The notes beneath the pieces are model-generated. The model was given only the letters and a program-made list of their open reading frames with translations. It made no database searches and was not told the origin of the DNA. Both the position numbers and the translations under genes were made by a program. This document shows, piece by piece, positions 58,572 through 64,000 of a stretch of 64,000 bases of DNA; positions within the stretch are counted from its first letter, which is position 1; every line of letters begins with the position of its first letter. Location: contig CAYUWC010000003.1 in assembly GCA_964448355.1 (NCBI GenBank), positions 16,983-80,982 of the forward strand, in the 5' to 3' direction. The stretch comes from an uncultured Oscillospiraceae bacterium (GTDB taxonomy: Bacteria > Bacillota > Clostridia > Oscillospirales > UBA644).

Positions 58572-58772
58572 ACCGAGATCAACTCCTTTGCAAAATATAT
58601 TATTATCCGAAAATTTCTTTTCATTCACGATTTTTATTGTTGTTTAACATTGCGCAAAACGGCGCACGTCTGTATTTGTTAAACAAATAATTTTAACTTA
58701 CGCAAAGAGTGTCGCGTTAAAAGCGCGGGACGTCTGTGTTAGTTTATAATGAATATACGTTAGGACAAAGAA

Positions 58773-59990
58773 ATGAACAAGATCCAAATGAAAACTCCTC
58801 TCGTCGAGATGGACGGCGACGAGATGACGAGAATAATATGGCAAAAAACGAAAGACGAGCTTATCTGTCCGTACATTGATCTTAAAACGGAATATTACGA
58901 TCTCGGTCTTGAAAACAGAGACAAGACAGACGATCAAGTAACCGTAGATTCCGCAAACGCAACAAGAAAATACGGTGTTGCCGTAAAATGTGCGACAATA
59001 ACGCCGAACGCGGCACGTGTTGAAGAATACAATCTCAAAAAAATGTGGAAAAGCCCGAACGGAACGATCAGAGCGATCTTGGACGGAACGGTTTTCCGCG
59101 CTCCGATACTTGTCAAAGGCATAAATCCGTACATTACAACGTGGAAAAAGCCGATAACCATCGCAAGGCACGCTTACGGAGACATATACTCGGCGGTTGA
59201 AACACGCACCGAAGCGGGAGAAAAAGCAGAGATCACCGTAACGAGCAAAAACGGCGAAAAACGTTCGATCACCATAAAAGATTTCGATGGCGACGGTGTC
59301 GTTATGGGGATGCATAATACAGACCGCAGCATTGCGTCGTTTGCACGCGCGTGCTTTAATTATGCGCTTTCGACGAAGCAGCCGATATGGTTTGCCGCAA
59401 AAGACACGATATCCAAAACGTACGATCATCGATTTAAAGACATTTTCCAAGAAATTTACGACACGGAATACAGATCCGCTTTTGAAGCCGCAGGTCTTGA
59501 CGATTATTTTTACACCTTGATCGACGATGCCGTTGCGAGAGTTATACGTTCGGAGGGCGGTTTTATCTGGGCGTGCAAAAATTACGACGGAGACGTTATG
59601 TCGGACATGCTTGCCACGGCGTTCGGTGATCTTGCAATGATGACGTCCGTACTCGTATCTCCGGACGGAAAATACGAATACGAGGCAGCTCACGGAACGG
59701 TTCAAAGGCATTATTATGCGCATTTACGCGGGGAAAAGACATCGACGAACCCCATTGCGACCATTTTCGCATGGACAGGCGGTCTGCGTAAAAGAGGAGA
59801 GCTGGACGGTATACCGGAGCTTTGCGATTTTGCCGACAGTCTTGAACGCGCGTGTATACAAACCGTTGAAAGCGGCGTAATGACAAAATCATTGGCAGCA
59901 CTGTCATCAACAGAAAACAAAAAGATAGTGTGCCTTGACGAATTGTTAAACGAGATAAAGAAAAATCTCGAAACGAACTTAAGCAAATAA
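58773..59990 (+). CDS. icd: NADP-dependent isocitrate dehydrogenase (~405-aa subfamily II type)
   Basis: The N-terminus [13 protein letters not shown] and the length are typical of type II IDH. Confidence 0.9.
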   Translation: MNKIQMKTPLVEMDGDEMTRIIWQKTKDELICPYIDLKTEYYDLGLENRDKTDDQVTVDSANATRKYGVAVKCATITPNAARVEEYNLKKMWKSPNGTIRAILDGTVFRAPILVKGINPYITTWKKPITIARHAYGDIYSAVETRTEAGEKAEITVTSKNGEKRSITIKDFDGDGVVMGMHNTDRSIASFARACFNYALSTKQPIWFAAKDTISKTYDHRFKDIFQEIYDTEYRSAFEAAGLDDYFYTLIDDAVARVIRSEGGFIWACKNYDGDVMSDMLATAFGDLAMMTSVLVSPDGKYEYEAAHGTVQRHYYAHLRGEKTSTNPIATIFAWTGGLRKRGELDGIPELCDFADSLERACIQTVESGVMTKSLAALSSTENKKIVCLDELLNEIKKNLETNLSK

Positions 59991-60014
59991 ATCCCAACAA
60001 GGAGATAAAACAAT

Positions 60015-61583
60015 ATGAGTAAAAAAACCGTTTTGATCGTAATGGACGGCGTAGGAACAAATCCGAGCGAATACGGCAATGCCGTATTGAGCGCATATAC
60101 GCCTGTTCTTGACAAGCTTAAACAGACTTGTCCTTACACAAACATAAAAGCACACGGCACGGCTGTCGGTCTGCCTTCGGACGACGATATGGGCAACAGC
60201 GAAGTCGGCCATAACGCACTCGGCTGCGGCCAAGTATACTCGCAGGGCGCAAAACTCGTTAACGAAAGCATCGAAAGCGGAAAGATATTCGAGTCCGAAA
60301 CATGGAAAGAGCTTGTTTGTTTTTGTAAAAACGGCACAATGCACTTTTTGGGTCTGCTTTCCGACGGCAATGTGCATTCCAACATAAAGCATCTTTTTGC
60401 GCTCGTTCGAAGAGCAAAAGACGACGGTGTTAAAAAAGTACGTATCCATATCCTTCTTGACGGACGTGACGTACCTGCGACATCGGCACTTATATATGTT
60501 GAACAGCTTGAAAATCTTCTTTCCGAGCTTAACGACAGCACATTTGACGCGAAGATCGCATCCGGCGGCGGACGTATGCAGATAACAATGGACCGTTACG
60601 AAGCAAACTGGGCTATGGTCGAAAAGGGTTGGCACACTCACATTCTCGGCGACGGCAGACAATTTACCTGTGCAACCGAAGCAATCAACACGCTGCGTTC
60701 GGAAACGGGAGCTATCGACCAGGATCTGCCCCCGTTCGTTATCGCCGAAAACGGTGTTCCGGTCGGCACGGTAGAAGACGGCGACAGCTTTGTACTGTTT
60801 AACTTCAGAGGCGACAGAGCAATAGAGATAAGCACTGTTTTCGACAGCAAAAATTTCGACAAGTTCGACAAAGTCCGTACTCCAAACGTTATGTATGCAG
60901 GTATGCTCGAATACGACGGTGACCTTAAGCTGCCCAAAAACTATCTTGTTGCGCCGCCGAGCATTAAGCATACGCTTTCCGAGCTGCTCGTAAAGAACGG
61001 AAAGAAACAGTTTGCGATATCCGAAACGCAGAAGTACGGTCACGTAACCTATTTCTGGAACGGCAACCGCAGCGAGAAGTTCAGCGACACGCTCGAAGTG
61101 TTCGAAGAAATACCGTCCGATGTCGTTCCGTTTGAACAGCGTCCTTGGATGAAAGCCGCAGAAGTTACCGACAGACTTATACAGGTCATAGAAAGCGGCG
61201 AATACGATTTTGTACGCTGCAACTTCCCTAACGGCGATATGGTAGGACATACGGGCAATTACGCCGCCGCTCAAATAGCCGTTGAGACTGTTGATCTTTG
61301 CCTTGCAAGAATAATGGAGGCTACCGAAAAAGCCGGATATACTCTTATTATAACAGCCGACCACGGCAATGCCGACGAAATGTACGAAAAGAAAAAAGAG
61401 GGTCAGGCACCGAAGCCCAAGACGGCGCACACGCTCAATCCGGTTCCGTTTATAGTTGTTGACAAAAACGATAAATACGAGATCGCGGACGGAGAGTTCG
61501 GGCTTGCGAATGTTGCGGCTACCGTTGCAAAGATAATGGGGTTTGAAAAACCCGAAATGTGGCTCGACAGTATCATAAAATAA
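60015..61583 (+). CDS. gpmI: 2,3-bisphosphoglycerate-independent phosphoglycerate mutase
   Basis: Has LIVMDGVG, the nucleophile region DMGNSEVGHNALG, and ADHGNADEM. Length is 522 aa. Confidence 0.9.
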   Translation: MSKKTVLIVMDGVGTNPSEYGNAVLSAYTPVLDKLKQTCPYTNIKAHGTAVGLPSDDDMGNSEVGHNALGCGQVYSQGAKLVNESIESGKIFESETWKELVCFCKNGTMHFLGLLSDGNVHSNIKHLFALVRRAKDDGVKKVRIHILLDGRDVPATSALIYVEQLENLLSELNDSTFDAKIASGGGRMQITMDRYEANWAMVEKGWHTHILGDGRQFTCATEAINTLRSETGAIDQDLPPFVIAENGVPVGTVEDGDSFVLFNFRGDRAIEISTVFDSKNFDKFDKVRTPNVMYAGMLEYDGDLKLPKNYLVAPPSIKHTLSELLVKNGKKQFAISETQKYGHVTYFWNGNRSEKFSDTLEVFEEIPSDVVPFEQRPWMKAAEVTDRLIQVIESGEYDFVRCNFPNGDMVGHTGNYAAAQIAVETVDLCLARIMEATEKAGYTLIITADHGNADEMYEKKKEGQAPKPKTAHTLNPVPFIVVDKNDKYEIADGEFGLANVAATVAKIMGFEKPEMWLDSIIK

Positions 61584-61701
61584 AGCTCCGAACGGATGTT
61601 CCCGTTTTGAAAGCGTTTTAAGGTGTTAAAATAAAATCATGATAGGTTTTGCCGCGTTCCGAAACAGGACGCGGCAAAGCAACAATATAAGGAGGATACA
61701 A

Positions 61702-62931
61702 ATGAAAAAGCCCGAAATACTCGCGCCCGCAGGCGATTACTCAAAGCTTGTTCACGCAGTTCTTTACGGTGCCGACGCGGTTTACATCGGCGGCGAACAT
61801 TTTTCGTTAAGAACGGCTTCGGCGAACTTTCCGCCGGATCAAATGGCGGCAGGCATAGAGTTTGCGCACAGAAAAGGTGCTCGCGTTTACGTTGCCTGTA
61901 ACGCCGTACCGCATGACGACGAGGCGGAGTTGTTCCCGGAATACATAAAAGATGTTGAACGAATGGGCGCGGACGCGGTGATAGTCACCGATCCGGGGCT
62001 TCTTTCTCTTGTAAAAAAGAATGCGCCGAGCATGGAGATACATCTTTCGACGCAGGCATCGACGGTCAACTCCGAATCCTGCAAATTCTGGTACGATGTC
62101 GGTGTTAAAAGAATAGTCCTTGCACGAGAACTTTCGCTTGACGAGATAGCGCGCATAAGAGAGAACATACCCGACGATCTCGAACTTGAAGCGTTCGTAC
62201 ACGGTGCGATGTGCGTTTCGTATTCGGGAAGATGTCTTCTTTCCGATTTTATGACCGGCAGAAGCGCAAACAGAGGCGAATGTGCGCAACCGTGCAGATG
62301 GAAATATTCGCTCATGGAAGAAAAACGCCCCGGAGAATATTTCCCGATAGAACAAACCGACACGGGCACGTTCATAATGAACTCGAGAGATATCTGTATG
62401 ATAAAGCATATCCCGGAGCTTATCGAGGCAGGCATAAACAGCTTCAAGATAGAGGGCCGTGTTAAAACGGAATTTTACGTAGCATCGATCACTGCGGCAT
62501 ACAGAAAGGCCGTGGACGATTGTTTTACGGACATCATGAAATATTCCGAAAATCTCGATTCATACTACGAAGAAGTTTGCAAAGTCAGCCACCGAGAGTA
62601 TTACGAGGGTTTTTATTTCGGCAAGCCCGTCAACGGTCAAAATTACAAAGAATCGTCCTACATAAGGGATTACGATCTTATAGCCGTTGTTGACAGATAC
62701 GATTCCGTAAAAAAACGCCTTCGTGTTTTTCAGAGAAACAAATTTTCTGTAGGGGAAACGTGCGAGATACTGTCGCCCGGAAAGCCGTTTGAAACATTTA
62801 CTATCGGCAGAATGTACAACGAAAACGGCGATTTTATCCTCTCCGCTCCGCATGCGGAAATGCCCGTTGAAATAGAGTTTGACGGATACGTACCGCCCTA
62901 CTCTTTTATCAGAAGAAAAAAGATAGATTAA
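61702..62931 (+). CDS. Peptidase U32 family protein
   Basis: GGAGGA RBS. The N-terminus is MKKPEILAPAGDYSKLVHAVLYGADAVYIGG. The conserved Cys cluster is CVSYSGRCLLS...CAQPCRW. Confidence 0.85.
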   Translation: MKKPEILAPAGDYSKLVHAVLYGADAVYIGGEHFSLRTASANFPPDQMAAGIEFAHRKGARVYVACNAVPHDDEAELFPEYIKDVERMGADAVIVTDPGLLSLVKKNAPSMEIHLSTQASTVNSESCKFWYDVGVKRIVLARELSLDEIARIRENIPDDLELEAFVHGAMCVSYSGRCLLSDFMTGRSANRGECAQPCRWKYSLMEEKRPGEYFPIEQTDTGTFIMNSRDICMIKHIPELIEAGINSFKIEGRVKTEFYVASITAAYRKAVDDCFTDIMKYSENLDSYYEEVCKVSHREYYEGFYFGKPVNGQNYKESSYIRDYDLIAVVDRYDSVKKRLRVFQRNKFSVGETCEILSPGKPFETFTIGRMYNENGDFILSAPHAEMPVEIEFDGYVPPYSFIRRKKID

Positions 62932-63108
62932 CGATTCAGATAAAACGATATATCGTAAAATGCGAATCGCACAAAACACTCGCCTCGTCATGACTTGACG
63001 AATAAACGATAAATACGGACCGTATTTGTGCGTCGGACAAAAGACATGATTCGACGCGAATATCTTAAAATACTTCACCTGAACCTTAAACGGTAGGCAG
63101 TAAAAGTG

Positions 63109-63155
63109 ATATGCACCCCCAAAAGTCGAACACTTTCGTGGGTGCATATTTTTTC
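63109..63155 (+). terminator. Strong plus-strand terminator ~180 nt after the U32 stop
   Basis: 10-bp stem atatgcaccc/gggtgcatat followed by a T-run. Confidence 0.6.
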
Positions 63156-63236
63156 TAAGAAAGGAACAAATCAGATACGATACTCGACAGAATCCCTATT
63201 AGGTGTTATAGTGGATATGCGAGAACAAATACCGTA

Positions 63237-63285
63237 AAACAAACGACATTCGACCGAAATCGAATGTCGTTTGTTTTTGTTTTGC
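63237..63285. terminator. Long bidirectional hairpin terminator
   Basis: 18-bp stem aaaacaaacgacattcga/tcgaatgtcgtttgtttt. Confidence 0.7.
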
Positions 63286-63344
63286 CATGCTCGACTGACG
63301 CTAACGCATCGGTCAAGTTTGAGATCTTATTTTTATCCGAGCTG

Positions 63345-64000
63345 TTACGGAAGGACAGTGATCGTGATGGGCGAGTATTGAACGTTGTCGATAGTTACCC
63401 AAACAGAGATCGTGCCGGAGGACGTAACACTGGGCGTTACAAGGTTTACAGAAGCGGTTGTTGAACCCCAAGGAACGCTGGACGTTGTGGAAGACAAGGA
63501 TACTCCGGATGTAATGCTGGTAGAGTAGCTCCAGTTGACCGTTGAGCCTTGAGAAACGTTCGTTACGGTAAGAAGGACGGAATTGCCGCCGTAAACGCTT
63601 GTTGTGCTTGCGGTGATAGTCGGATACGACGAGGTCGAGCCTGTGCCGCCGACGGTAAGTTCAACGTAAGCGCGGGAATTATCGCTGTAAGTGATGGAGA
63701 GTTTTGCTGTGCAGCTTTCGGAAGCTGTTATAATAATATTATTGTTAAGCTTGGAAATGGAAACCTTGGTAGTATTGCTTGTTACGCTCGATACGGTCTT
63801 GTTGCCGACACTGATAAGATCGGTGATGTACAACGACTGACCGACGTTCATTCTTGCGCTCGTTGTCTGGTAATCGACGGTAAATTTAACTTCGAGATAT
63901 GTTGTTCCGCTCGATTGATCTTTGATCGTGATGGTAGCATAACCGTAGCCGACAGCCGACCATACACCGGATGTGGGATTAACGGTCACTGCGGTGGGGT
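63345..64000 (-). CDS. S/T-rich repetitive beta-rich surface-type protein, C-terminal part (5' end outside window)
   Basis: The ORF is open to the window edge. It contains repeated ~70-aa T/S/V-rich segments (...ATITIKDQSSGTTYLEVKFTV..., ...TAKLSITYSDNSRAYVELTV...). Confidence 0.6.
   Translation of the reverse strand, partial: PTAVTVNPTSGVWSAVGYGYATITIKDQSSGTTYLEVKFTVDYQTTSARMNVGQSLYITDLISVGNKTVSSVTSNTTKVSISKLNNNIIITASESCTAKLSITYSDNSRAYVELTVGGTGSTSSYPTITASTTSVYGGNSVLLTVTNVSQGSTVNWSYSTSITSGVSLSSTTSSVPWGSTTASVNLVTPSVTSSGTISVWVTIDNVQYSPITITVLP

Overview
This looks like a core chromosomal region of a spore-forming Bacillota (Clostridia-like) genome. It holds about 57 protein genes in short blocks of alternating strand. 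I found no rRNA or tRNA genes, no CRISPR array, and no recognisable transposase, integrase or phage genes. Recognised genes are pheT (3' part), ireB, nnrD, alr, carA-carB, pcrA, ung, engB-lysA, murA, prfA, an FMN riboswitch with ribU, ilvE, an OmpR/histidine-kinase pair, gdhA, rmuC-cysteine desulfurase-thiI-pncC, icd-gpmI and a U32 peptidase-family gene. Sporulation markers are sleB, pdaA, a SpoVB-like flippase and a DUF1540 protein. Cytoplasmic glycan enzymes are GH125, GH130 and a BNR/Asp-box protein. I did not find a convincing multi-gene defence or mobile system. The strongest candidate for something undescribed is the carAB operon. CarA lacks the Cys and His of its glutaminase triad. carB runs in frame, with no stop codon, into a full-length DapF-like module in which both catalytic cysteine codons read TTC (Phe). 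An otherwise canonical CarB is therefore flanked by two apparently dead enzyme modules. Secondary leads are several structured non-coding loci next to near-consensus sigma-A promoters (10.84-11.01 kb, 38.6-39.5 kb, 48.3-48.6 kb, 51.85-52.19 kb). Others are a ~175-bp tandem duplication between the FMN riboswitch and ribU, and three paralogous solute-binding lipoproteins with no ABC permease or ATPase anywhere in the window. All functional interpretations of these are hypotheses. No database search or folding computation could be run.
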